A stretch of DNA of 64,000 nt, taken from NCBI GenBank assembly GCA_964057225.1, contig OZ059895.1, positions 13,516,001 through 13,580,000 on the forward strand, in the 5' to 3' direction. This DNA comes from Auanema rhodensis (Eukaryota; Animalia; Nematoda). The notes beneath the pieces are model-generated. The model was not told the DNA's origin. It did not search any database and saw nothing but the letters and a program-made list of their open reading frames with translations. Numbering within the stretch: the first letter of the stretch is position 1; every line of letters begins with the position of its first letter. A program made the translations under genes and the position numbers. Shown here one piece after another: positions 44,530 through 56,538 of the stretch.

Positions 44530-45387
44530 ATGGATGATTTTTACATTACTCTTCCATCATCAGTTGACTCTGAAAAAAGTAATACATCATCAGTGTTTCT
44601 TACCAGATTACCTGAAACACTAAGGCTACGCAATAATAGATATTGCATTGGGCTGACAGACATCATTTTTCCTTGTTCTATATTAAATGTTCAAAAAGAT
44701 TTATCTTATACACTACGTTTTTCCAATAGAAAATTTATTCTACACTTGCCTAAAGGCAACTATGCAAATGGTGATGAAATAATACGCGGAATCAATGCTG
44801 GAAGAGAATCATTTATCGCCAACAATACAAAGCCTCTTGGAGCTGAGGAAGAAGCACGTATAAAAAGTTTAATAGATAAAGATGAAGATGTAAAAAAATG
44901 GTATAATAATCGCCAGGCTGAGGCTAAGCTAGTGGAGGAAATGCTCGCAGACGCCACATTTCAGTTTAACAAAACATTGCAGCGCATAGAGTTTGTAACA
45001 AGCAAGCGACTATTGTTGAATGCAACGCTTGGTGATGATTTTGCATATTTTCTTGGTTTTGAAAATAAAAACATCAACGATACAATAATAGCCAGGCGTC
45101 CCATTGATTTTTCAAATAACATTAATACAATGTATATATATTGTGATATTGTAGAATATTCCATTCTTGGTAATGTGAAAGCTAATTTACTTGCATGTTT
45201 ACCTGTACCACCTCCTACTGAATTTGGTAAAATGATTGCCAAAACATTTAATCCTATTCGTTATGTACCAATCACTAGACAAACACTCGATACCATACGT
45301 ATTGAAATTTTAGATGAATTTGGTCGTCCTATGCAATTTAATTATGGTTCTACTGTTGTTACATTACATGTTAAAAATATGAAATAA
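44530..45387 (+). CDS. Minor capsid protein (unit C)
   Basis: Identical protein to unit B. Confidence 0.85.
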   Translation: MDDFYITLPSSVDSEKSNTSSVFLTRLPETLRLRNNRYCIGLTDIIFPCSILNVQKDLSYTLRFSNRKFILHLPKGNYANGDEIIRGINAGRESFIANNTKPLGAEEEARIKSLIDKDEDVKKWYNNRQAEAKLVEEMLADATFQFNKTLQRIEFVTSKRLLLNATLGDDFAYFLGFENKNINDTIIARRPIDFSNNINTMYIYCDIVEYSILGNVKANLLACLPVPPPTEFGKMIAKTFNPIRYVPITRQTLDTIRIEILDEFGRPMQFNYGSTVVTLHVKNMK

Positions 45388-45392
45388 ACGTT

Positions 45393-45887
45393 TTATTCAA
45401 CAGTTATACAATACCACATTTTTATTTTCGAAGGTTTAAAAGATAGTTTAGGGCAGTTTTGTTTGTCGCTCGGCTCGTGTTGTGAATGTTCTCCGTCACT
45501 ATTGCTGCGGCATCTTTTTGATTGGGTTGAATGTACAAACTCCTCAGCTTTTTCAAAGGGTTTGCTGGTATCATTTCCATCACCATCTTCACCATTCGTT
45601 CCATTATTATTATGAATACGCCGAATATGACGCTCACAATTGAATCTTGTTCCAAAAGTTTCACTACAATGAGGGCACAAACGTCTACGAACACCATCCA
45701 AATGTCCATATTTTTGAATAAAGTCAGCATTGCTGATATAATTGTTACATATGGGTTGAATCCCTGCATGTCTTTTCAAAACGTGATCACTAAAATGCTT
45801 GGTTGAAGAAAATATTTCCTTGCATGTACCACAATATTTGTTACATAAAAGTTCCATTAGAGGAAAATGAAAAACGACCACACGCAA
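45393..45887 (-). CDS. C2H2 zinc-finger protein (unit C)
   Basis: Identical protein to unit B. Confidence 0.7.
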   Translation of the reverse strand: MRVVVFHFPLMELLCNKYCGTCKEIFSSTKHFSDHVLKRHAGIQPICNNYISNADFIQKYGHLDGVRRRLCPHCSETFGTRFNCERHIRRIHNNNGTNGEDGDGNDTSKPFEKAEEFVHSTQSKRCRSNSDGEHSQHEPSDKQNCPKLSFKPSKIKMWYCITVE

Positions 45888-46149
45888 TCAACCCACTTTT
45901 ATATAATGAGCAATAATATGACTAGTGTTGTACAAAAGCCCAATCCCAATGCTATACCTTTAATAAATGGCACTGAAATACATTTCAACATTCTCCTGTA
46001 TAAAGGCGCTGGTTTAGATTGCTCCAACGTGTATTTGACACATAATTCACAGTGACAAGGAATATTCATAACTGACCACGTAATGTAGCAGGTTATTAAT
46101 GACAAATTTCTTATATAGTAGCCAATTTATAGTCGAATACTTTATGCAT

Positions 46150-46771
46150 CATTCAAGAGTTTGATCTAAACGCTGGATTAGCTATGGCTATAGAAGATAA
46201 ACTCGCAAAGGATCGAATACACTACCCCATGACATCAGTGAAAATGCGCTCTTATTTCATAGAAGGAGGCCGCTTGGATTCACCTAATAATATATTATTC
46301 ACGTCTCACACACCAAAACGTGTTGTAGTAGGTCTTGTTGGCGCACACGCCTATAATGGTACTTTTAAACATTCGCCATTCAACTTTAAACCGTTTGATT
46401 TGAAAAATATATACTTGACGCTCAACAATAGGGTAATACCTACCCGTCCTTATAATTTAGAATGGCGATCTTCCTATGCCACAGCATATATTGACATGCT
46501 GGAAGGTTTGGGACTTGGTCGTACAGATTCATCCAATGGTATTACACCAGCAATGTATAAAGCTGGTTTCACATTTTTTGTATTTGATATTTCTCCTACT
46601 GTGCATTCGTCAGAGTTATTTGATGTTATACGACAAGGTAATGTAGCCTTGAAATTGGAATTTGGTCAACAAACGCCGCAAGAGGGCTTATATGCAATTG
46701 TTTATGCAGAGTATGACTCTATTCTTTCCATTGACAACAATCGTGCTCCATATATTGATACCAGTTTGTAA
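46150..46771 (+). pseudogene. C-terminal MCP remnant (unit C) after the same 1634-bp deletion
   Basis: Junction atgcat|cattcaag at ~46149. Confidence 0.9.
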
Positions 46772-46909
46772 TGTATGTAATAAAATTCTTTAAAAGATTT
46801 AAGAATAAAATTTATTAATACAACTATTTTTAAAAATAAATACATGTACAATGATAAAATTTTATAAATACAAATATATACAAGATAAAAATTTATAAAT
46901 TCAAATATA

Positions 46910-49900
46910 TTATTCACAATAACCGTAGGGTAAAGTACTATAATCTTGAAGATAACAAAGTTTATCCATTACGACTCTAGTACTTTTTGTCATATCCATT
47001 GTGGATATGGCACCGAGTTGCCTCTTTAACAAGGTTGTGTTGGTTTTTAAAACCAATTTCTCTCCATCCATAACGAGACCGCGAACCAGTCGCTCCATAC
47101 TTTCAAAGTTTACCACTGACGCTGCCGTGTGGTCCAACGTCTGTAAATTATAAAATTATTTGAAAAGTCAAAGCTCGTACTTACCACTCCCTTTGCCTTT
47201 GTTACATATTTTACATCACCAGCTGCATTTACAAGTTTATAACTATAAACTTTTGCCGCTGGTGACACAAACTTGGTCATTGACCAACCATCGGGTATTT
47301 CAGAGGTTAGTTTACCTAACCATTCACCCTTCATATCCTCAATTGGATCTGGCTCATCCAGGCACCTTTGATAAATTAGTGAATCCGTGTCTAAATAATG
47401 TAAGTTTAAATTGAATACAAAGTATAACATTACCTGTATACACCAAATTCTTTCCAATTTTCTCCATTGCCTTATACAATAGTAGCCTTGCATGAGCGGT
47501 TGTATAGGCCGCAATAGCTACATTTGTAAAAGGCGGTGGTGCCAAATGTGAATCCTCTGGTACTGTTGTGCAGTACGCAACATTATCCACAATTTTGAAC
47601 CCAGTGAGTTCCCTTGCAGGATCAGTAATGATCCTACCAATTTCTGGGTCCTCAACACCAATAATCTTGGTTTGGGCTTTATCAGGTCTTTGACCCATTT
47701 TACCCCAGACACTATAAGCAAATTTGTAATGTATTGTTTTAAAAAGTTTACAAACCTATTTAGCTGCAGTTTGGCTATGCTACGCATGGCAGCATTCTTC
47801 TCAATTTTATTGCTCTCCAGAGCAACACCAGTGTTCTCCTCGTGCTCTTGGAGATAAATCACCTGTAAAATTCTATTTAATGTGATACCTTTGTTAAAAC
47901 ATACCTTTTCTTCCTCTGTCATGTTTGGCTTTGGCCAGCCCGACGCCTCTTGTTTAATTTTTATGTACTTTTGTACAAACTCTTTAAACAGGCCGCCTTG
48001 TTGCCATTCTTCCCAGTGCCACACCTCATGCACATTAAGCACTTTATAGCCACGTTGTATGGCACACTCGAGCTCAACATGTGTCACAGTTAGATGCAGC
48101 TTTCTAGCATTTACATCATTCTGGTGCTCACATGTTACATTTTTACTTTTGACTGCACAAGTGCGGCAGTTTGTAAAAATAAGTTTACCGCCAATACGTG
48201 TGCCTAATACAGGGTACAGCAAATTTGTGGGTGCAAGCACGTCACATTTTACTAGCCCCTTGTATGGGCAACATGTCTCAAAGCTTTTGAAACCCTCAGT
48301 AATAACTTTGGGATTACCTACAGGGTAATAGGCATCAAAAGCGGTGACATATGGATATAGTGAACAAAAGTCCACATACTCGAGCGAGTATCTATCCGAA
48401 GCTTGTGCCAAAAGCTTATATGTCTGGGTGCGGCCACCGGTAAAGGCATCTCTAGGTGCCAAGCGTGTAACAACATTTGTTTCACGCATAAATTTCGCCA
48501 TTTCTTCATTGGCCGAAATTTGTGCATTAATTTCGTGCTCCCACACTGTGGTAACACTAATGCCTTGGCTTTGTATTGCTTCAAGCCTTTTCATGGTTTT
48601 ATCATAAACCTAAATTTTAAAAATTAAAATGATTAAAAATGTCACAATTACCTCTTCCATTGTTTCACCATTTCTGCCTGGTGCTATAGCGCTCTTGTTG
48701 GTGCACTGGGGGCAACCATGATAGATACAACCATTAATCTACAAAAATTTGCACTTTTTACATTTATTACAAATTACTCACCTCATAGCCATGATTGGCA
48801 ACGGGGTCATAAGCATCGAGTAGATAGCGATGACCATCTACTCTCACTGCAAATTCACCACCATTAAGCTTATGCATTAATGGGCGGCCCAGTCCTTGTT
48901 CTAGCCATTTTATATACTTTATGGCTATTATACTCTGCTTTTGACCGGCATAATAACCAGTCTCGGGCAGAATACCCACTTGGTTCTCTTTAATATGATT
49001 CATTTTCAGCTGTAATATACTAGTTTTGAAAATGCTTGTATTTGAAAAAACTTGCCTGGAATAAAGAGAAACTGGCAAATGTCATACACTGTATGACAGG
49101 GTTCCAGCCAGTGGTGGCGGTTGCCAACTTCATGTAAACTTTCATACAGTTGGTTAAAATACGGACATCTGTCCTACAATATTCCAAAAGCTCTTCATCA
49201 AAATCAAACGCTCTTTGATTACGCTCTTCATACCAAATATTGAATGAAGCTAGGTCTTCTGCTTTCATTCTAGCAGTACAATAGTACTGTTTTGGTGGTA
49301 AAGATGGTAACACTTTGCCATAATTTATTGGATGGTTAAAGAGGTAAGGAAACTGTCCTTTACTCATATCAGGTACACCAAATGCCTTGGGTAACGCTGA
49401 TAGGGGTAAAGGCACTAATAAATAACTATCTTTAAAATATAAATGATTAAATTTTTGACCTCTTAAAGGCTTGACAACCATGCTTATAATCTTGGTCCCA
49501 TTTAAAATTGGATCAGGATATATACCACGGTTTATCAGCCTAGACACCAAGAAATGTATGTCAAAGCGTGAACCATTATGCGCAATCAAAATTGCATTAT
49601 CATTCTCAACAGAGTTGAGTAACCAATCAAGGAAACGATCTGTTACAGACCATTCACTATCACCTTGTTGGTACCCAAAATGGCCCTCCTTGGTTGTGCA
49701 TTTTTCACATGAATTGGCGTCTATACAACTTTCACAAAATTTATTATACACAACCATATTGGGCCATTGTTCATCTGCATATTCATGAACATTTGTACCG
49801 CTTTTTAACACAACCGTTTCAAAGTCATAGAATATAATCTTAAACAAGTAAGTATTACACTTGTAAAGATGTAAAATACAAACCTTGTATTTCTCTTGCC

Positions 49901-52093
49901 TCTTTTTTAACTGATCCTTCTTCTTGTCGTTAGGTGGTACCCAACAACAAGAATGATCTTCAGGCTTTGTTTGCCCACACTTTTTGCAAAATTTCTCATT
50001 GCAATTGTGCGGTCTATCAGCACGTACTCTGTGATAATGATCACAGTTTTCACATGTCTGAATTTAGTCATGTTAAATTTTATATATATTTTTTAAATTA
50101 CCTTAAACATTCGACATGTTTTTCTAATATGCCTGTCAAAGCATTGACGAGTTTTGAACAAAACTCTACAACTATCACATCTTATGCTACTCTCAACCGC
50201 ATTTTCCATCGAATTACATTTTAAGGTGTGGCATTTCTTACACTTGGCTTTACATCTATGCAACACTGTTTTGTAAGATAATTTACAGTGTTGGCATATA
50301 ATACCATCAAAAATCTGTGATCTACTACAAGTTGTAATACAGTCATAATGATTATTTCGGTAGCCTAGTGTTACCACTTTGCTAGCCGTTTCATTAAAGA
50401 TACGCTGAATAGCGTACATACGCTGTCCAGGTGGCCTAGCGTATACTACAAACTTATAGTCTGTATTACAACTTGCAATAATATTTAAATGGTTCAAATT
50501 ATAATTTGGTAAATGTACAGAAATACCACACCTATTCAATAAATTGATATGATGTGGTTGATTTGGCAACAAGATGTAGTTGCGACGAAGATTTTGAATC
50601 CTCCGCTTCTCAACAACATCTTCTGCTGCCTCTTCATCGGCTCTCCACATTCCCACAACTGCTGCTCTAGCCAGGCAATGTGTATCAGTGTTCTCAATTG
50701 TGCCAGGTATTTTGAGTTCGGCATCAAAATAGAAACCAACTCTACCTTCACCAGGCATCAGGCTTGGCTGCACTGGTCTCTCATCAAACACATACATTTC
50801 AATATTCATTGCCTGGCTAATTACAGCCTCTCGCTTTGATTGCTGCACCTTGCTGATGGCATTCATGATGGCAACGCCATCCAAATGCTCCCTTCTACGG
50901 AAATCCATAAATATGGATCCCTTTTCAAAGGATGGGTGCTCTATTGATAAACAAAATAGCGCTTTTTGTTTATCTGGCACACCACTTTCAGCAAGGCACC
51001 GATCAAGAAACTCATTAAATAGCCGCGGCATGACAACATGCATTGGCTCATCAATGGCTTCCAAATGTGGGAACGTGAGCGATCTAACGACCACGTTGGT
51101 GAACCGACCAGTTCGTTTTATGCGTCGGTGTGACCACTATAATACACACTTTTTATAATGGTTATACGCTTAGTTTAAATATAAATAATTTTTGTTTATA
51201 ACTTTTTATAAATTTACTTTTCTTTAAATTATTTTTATATTCTTTTATTAAAAATAAATGGCATTTGATTTTTAAATATAAAGTTGTTTCTTTTATAAAC
51301 ATTTGTTAATGTTTAAAAATAAATGAAAAGGTCAAGATGGTGTTTTATTATTTTACTAGTTCAAAATGTTTGAAATATTTATAATTTGTAAGAATTCAAA
51401 ATTGGTTGAAAGAAAGATAGATAGTGAGATGAAATGTAAAGATTTTAAAATGAATGCTGTTCAAAAGAATGAATATGTAAATTTCAAAATACTTGCAATT
51501 TGTTTGATAAAAGATATAGATTGAGATGAAATGTAAAGATGAGAAAGAGAGAATTTTATGAATGCAATTGAAAAAGAGAAATAAATTTCAAAATGTTTTC
51601 AAAATATGCAACTGGAGCAAGAGAAAATTTCATGTTTCAAAAGATATATTATGAAATGATATGTAAATAAAAGATCGCACCTCTATTTTACAGACATCGT
51701 TGAAAGCCGCTCCATATCCGACTTGCCCTCCACTGGTTGATGGGGTAGCGGGATCCCATTCTCATAAAAAGAAAAAACTAATTGTTATAATTTTTAATAT
51801 CGCTTACTCATCACTGTCATCCAAGGTTATTACTTCAATAACCCTTGATGATGAGGGCCCACTGTTAAAAGTGGGTGATGTGGGCTCACAGAGCTCGATC
51901 CCATCAGCCTCGGTAAACTTTATACGTTTACTAAAAAACAAAATATATATAAAGATTCAAAATATTGTTAAATTACCTGAGCTGATTAATCTCTTCATAA
52001 TCAAATCCTAGCTCTTCACATAAACGTTTATAACTGAAAAAAGAAAAAGTTTACAAACAAATAAACAAAAAGACACAACCTATTAGCAGCCAT
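46910..52093 (-). CDS. Protein-primed family B DNA polymerase, 14 predicted exons; the only full-length copy
   Basis: ExoI FYDFET, ExoII AHNGSRFD, ExoIII YCRTDV, Vsr-like E.NGC.YHGCPQC insert, Pol A DFCSLYPY, Pol B KLQLNSVWGK and Pol C YTDTDS (the last two are reconstituted only by splicing), KAKG, terminal PYGY. Confidence 0.92.
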
Positions 52094-52320
52094 TGTACCT
52101 TGATATAATGAATATATCAGTCTACACATTGCTGTTGGCATTGTAATTTGTTATGTAACATGGATTTGGGTACAGCTGTCAAAACTAGCAGTTGCGATAA
52201 ACTTTAAAATAAATAAGCTTATTGAATACATCTGTTTTTATTGTCCCCGTCGGATTAATTTTTGTTATTAGTTCTTATTAAATTAACTTTATGCGTTTCA
52301 TTGAGGTCAGCGCAACTGTT

Positions 52321-53146
52321 TGTTAATCTTATTGTATTTACCTTCAATGTGTGCTCTATAGAGTTATTGTATTGTTATATTAGTAAAATAAAGTTTAAAA
52401 CTAGTCTTTTCTTTTAATTTGAAACTTTTACTTGTTAGAATAAATATAATTAATAACAATTTGTAATTTCAAAAATTAATAATTTAATGTCATTCTTATC
52501 GAATTAACCTTCGATATGTGTTCCATTAAATTTTGGTATTTCATATCGTTCTTATCGAATTAACTTTCGATATGTGTTCCATTAAATTTTGTATTTCATA
52601 TCGTTCTTATCGAATTAACCTTCGATATGTGTTCCATTGAATTACCCGTAACAAGTACGGTGAACAAAACGATATACATGCAAAAATTTTACTGTTCTTT
52701 AAAATAAAAACAATACAAACACAATACAATAAAAAATAAACAAAATAAGTAAACAAACATTATTAATAAATTTAATAAATAAATAAAATTTAAAAAACAA
52801 ATTTACATATTTAAATATTTAAATATTTAAAATTTATAATTTTTATTTTTACTTAATATATTTAAAAATAATTAAAACTATATACATACATTTGAATAAA
52901 CAAATTTAAAATTTGATTTAAAAAAAAAAAAAAAAAATCATGCTTTAAATCATGATTTTTAAATTTAAAAAAGGAAAATCCATGAACCATGATCCCAAAA
53001 TATGATTTTAACAGCTGACGCTCAAAAATATGTTTTTGACAGCTGACGCGCCCCAAAAGTATGTTTATAGCAGCTGACGCCCCCAAAAGTATGTTTTTGA
53101 CAGCTGTTTGGGGGCGTGGTTAGTAAATTTTGCACGGCTCTCTACT
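52321..53146 (-). repeat. Right TIR of the Maverick
   Basis: Reverse complement of 28934-29851 with a shorter AT-rich tract; ends ctctctact. Confidence 0.93.
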
Positions 53147-53152
53147 TGTCTT

Positions 53153-54833
53153 ACTACAAGATACAGGAAATGGATTACACCCTGTTGCGTTCGCAAGTAG
53201 GAAGCTCTCACCTACAGAAAGAAAATACCCACCTATCGAATTAGAAGCTTTGGCACTCGTCTACGCATTACAACAATTTCGCACATATGTTTTAGGCACG
53301 TCAACTAAGCTAATAACGGATCATCGACCACTAACCAGTCTAATGAGTAGAAGAGATCTTATTGGAAGACTAGCGAAATATCAGTTAATGATCCAGGAAT
53401 ATGATATTGTGATTATGTACCGTCCAGGACGTATGAATAGTGTATGTGATGCACTATAAAGATACATAGGCAACGAAGCTAACGATGGTCCTAAACCGAA
53501 GCTACAGAAGACAACGCCAACAACAAGTTTAACGGATATCCAAGAAACCATCAACTATCTCATAAATGTAACCAATGTGGAAACTCTGGATACCGACAAA
53601 CTAATTCAGTTACAACAAGGAACACCATGGATTAAGGAAACTATTGCTGATATGTTAACGGAACAACCTAAACAGATTAATAGCGATAGATATATTGTTA
53701 TCGACGGAGTTTTGCATGCTCGACCTAACAAACAATATCTTTCTCCAAGGATTATGATTCCAAAACAAAAGACATTGAATCAAGTACTTGCGAAACTTTT
53801 TCATGAAGACGCAAGAATTGGAGCGCATCAAGGAATCAAAAGAACACATGCAGCATTATCAAGAAGATTCCATTGGACAAATATGATGGAAGATGCGAAA
53901 GAGATCGTCAGCCAATGCCTGACATGCGCAAAAAGGAAAATAAATCAACATGATACAACGAGAGAACCATATGGAAAGTTTGTTACCCCACAAAAACCAT
54001 TTGATAGGATTCATATGGATGTGACAGGACCTTTTTCCCCTAGCACTAATGGATTTAAATATATTCTTTCTATTCAAGATGCTTTTTCGAAATGGATAAC
54101 GAGCATACCTTTACGCACACAGAATGCCGAAGAAACAGTCCGAAAGTTCCTGACAAATTTCGTCTTCATTTTTGGACCACCAGTGAGCATCGTGTCTGAC
54201 AATGGAGGAAATTTTATATCTAAAGAATTCAAGTTAATGTGCAACGAATTTGGAATTGTACAAACCTTCTCTCTGCCATATCACAAAAATACAAACGGTC
54301 AAGTGGAACGACTACATCGAACCATCCAGGAATGTTTATCCACTTGTGCTGAAAACCGTGTCTCTCAATGGGCCTCACAATTACCTAAAATCACATTCGC
54401 GTTAAATACAATCCCAAGTACAACTACCGGAATCAGCCCATACATTGCTTTATTTGGAAGAGACGCACGACTACCTATGGACCGTCAATTACCAGGACAA
54501 CCTCATCTAAATTCTCCTGAAGATGACGAATTATTGGAAAGAAATGAGAACCGGAAAAATACCTGGGATTCTATTCAAGAAAAAATTCAATTAAAATCAA
54601 TTGAACAACAAAATCGGCTGAATAATAGTAACCGAATAGCATCACGTATATTTGAAATAGGTGAAATGGTACTATTGAAGGATATGACGGTTCACGGCAA
54701 ATTGCGACCCACTTATAATGGACCGTTCAAAATTACAGGCGTATACAACTCATATGTGGAATTGGAAATGAGTCAAGGAAAGATGAGAAAAGTACATAAG
54801 GATCTCATCAAAAAGCTTGCTGCAACATTATGA
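53153..54833 (+). pseudogene. Rest of element 2 pol: RNase H C-part and integrase, with one nonsense codon at 53457-53459
   Basis: FASRKL..E..Y...ELEAL, TDHRPL; TAA stands where element 1 has Ser (DALSRY) and the frame continues; IN HHCC, HMD/SDNG/VER, GPF. Confidence 0.92.
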
Positions 54834-54890
54834 AAATTTTGGAAACCTTATGCATACCTGTGAGGACACAGGACTTCAAGAGCGGTAGCA

Positions 54891-55291
54891 TGTTATACTT
54901 TATAATTCTTTACTTTATTCTTTCTATAATTTTTATGTATTTCTTTATTCTGTGTTTTATATTTTATATTTTATAATTCTAGTTTCTTGTCTTAGTGTAT
55001 TATGTTATCAGTTATATTTTGCAGCCTCAGCATTTTCTGAGATAGTTATAATTGTCATTGACAACTTATAACCTTTCGTGGAAAATGCTGATAACATTCG
55101 CTATATAAGCTTGCCATTCAACTGAATCTTCAGTTGGCGGACTTATCTTTATCTTTATTTGTTTATTGTTTAAATGTTTTTTATTTATAATAAATCTCTC
55201 TCTCTTCCTCAAATCTTATTGTTTCTTTTACAACATATCAATCTAAGGGTCAATAACATGGAACATTAATATCCAAATCAAGGATATTACA
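54891..55291 (+). repeat. 3' LTR of element 2 (401 bp, TG...CA)
   Basis: Starts tgttata after the purine-rich aagagcggtagca, ends atattaca; direct repeat of 10762-11109. Confidence 0.92.
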
Positions 55292-55389
55292 TTATGTTAT
55301 CCTTATGCTCCATAATAACCGCTACATCCGGAATACTACTGCGCTCATCTCGTAGACTACATCGCCTATAGGATGGACATAACGGAACG
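55292..55389 (+). repeat. 3' end of a further diverged LTR of the element-1 family
   Basis: ttatgttatccttatgctc...ccgctaca...ggaatacta...agactaca...cataacggaacg aligns with 820-930. Confidence 0.75.
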
Positions 55390-55419
55390 ATATTTCAATG
55401 AAAATCAACCAAGAGGAAA

Positions 55420-56162
55420 TTACTTTCTTTTTCCTAGCAATTCACAAGTTTTCTTAACGTTGGTGACTCCATCAGTCACGCAAGATATCATATTCCCCAT
55501 TACATTTGGAGGGAGCGAATCACAAAGCTTCGATTTCATCATTTGTGAACCAAATAAATCTATAACATCCGATACGAAGTTCTTTCGTTTTTCAGTCTCA
55601 TAACCAATTGTGTGACCTGTCACAGTCAACAAGGAGATAACTAAGAAATGAATTATACTTATCTTAAGAGGATTAAAAACTCTGTGTTATCTGAACTCCA
55701 AGCGTCGAACGTTATAGCAAGCAAACGTTTTCGCCTTTTCAAGAGTGAGTTGGTTAGTTTTTACAATATCTGCAACATTGACTCATGAAAAAAAATGAAA
55801 AGTAGTTACCTTTTGAAAATTGCTTCACGATGTTCATCGCTGTTGTTCTTGATGCAACCGAATAAGCAGGATAAAGTTTTTAATTAACTCTTCCAAATAA
55901 TAATTATACAGACAAAATATATCAACTTAGAAAACAGAATGTTGACTTCATGCTGGGAACACTTTTACGAGCTTTCGAAAAAATTTGCAAGAGTCAGGTT
56001 AACTACATGCTTCAAAAAATTGCAATCAGCCACATGGGTTTTCATTATAGATTTCGACCCACAATCATTGTAATTTTTGGAGCATTTTTTACATTGAAAG
56101 AAGCCGTTTTCATCAGTTTCAGGGCGGATATCTTCAAAATAGGCATCGTACTTGTTTCCCAT
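55420..56162 (-). pseudogene. 5' half of a spliced hAT-family transposase, truncated by the LTR nest
   Basis: BED-like FQCKKC...MKTHV..C; AITFDAWSSD (~55690-55719) and CVTDGVTNVKK resemble the first two hAT catalytic Asp motifs. Confidence 0.7.
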
Positions 56163-56538
56163 AATTAATTGCTAATGAATAGGAAATGTAAGCTTAACAG
56201 GCAAACTACGCAATCGTTATAAGACTCACAAAAATTGATTAGATTATCGAATTTAGCTGAAACTAATAATCGTGTCGATTTGTCGATAATCATTTGCATG
56301 TATAATATGTATATTTTCAACTCCTCAAAAAACAAGAAATGTTCATGAGAAATCTTAACATTTTTTCATTTGAGCCTAAGCCTTAACTAAATTAAGCTAT
56401 GATTGTTGTTTTCTTTTATGAACAGATCGTCGGTGTCGAACCTTTTTATGTTTCACGCGCGAAATTTAAAATGTGCGTAAAAAGTGTTGAAGATTACTCA
56501 TTATCTTTATTAAATGTTTTATTCAAGTTCAAATCATA

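Larger units (their letters stand above)
17886..53146. mobile_element. Maverick/Polinton composite insertion (35,261 bp; units A 17886-28933, B 28934-39312, C 39313-53146)
   Basis: Termini AGTAGA...TCTACT, long TIRs, imperfect 6-bp TSD agtctt (17880-17885) / tgtctt (53147-53152); removing it restores retro RNase H ...IGAVLLQDTG...; carries pPolB, INT, ATPase, capsids and protease. Confidence 0.96.
10762..55291 (+). mobile_element. Ty3/gypsy LTR retroelement 2 (gag-env-pol), split by the Maverick insertion
   Basis: LTRs at 10762-11109 and 54891-55291, PBS at 11110, polyprotein 12040-17885 resuming in frame at 53153. Confidence 0.95.

Noticed and set aside
258-55395. atattt directly before the LTR at 264 and directly after the LTR end at 55389, resembling a 6-bp TSD around the whole nest
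   Set aside because: The two LTR pieces overlap in LTR coordinates and are clearly divergent there, and the outer flanks are unrelated (Maverick-like AT tract versus hAT intron); a chance match in AT-rich DNA or a target preference is more likely
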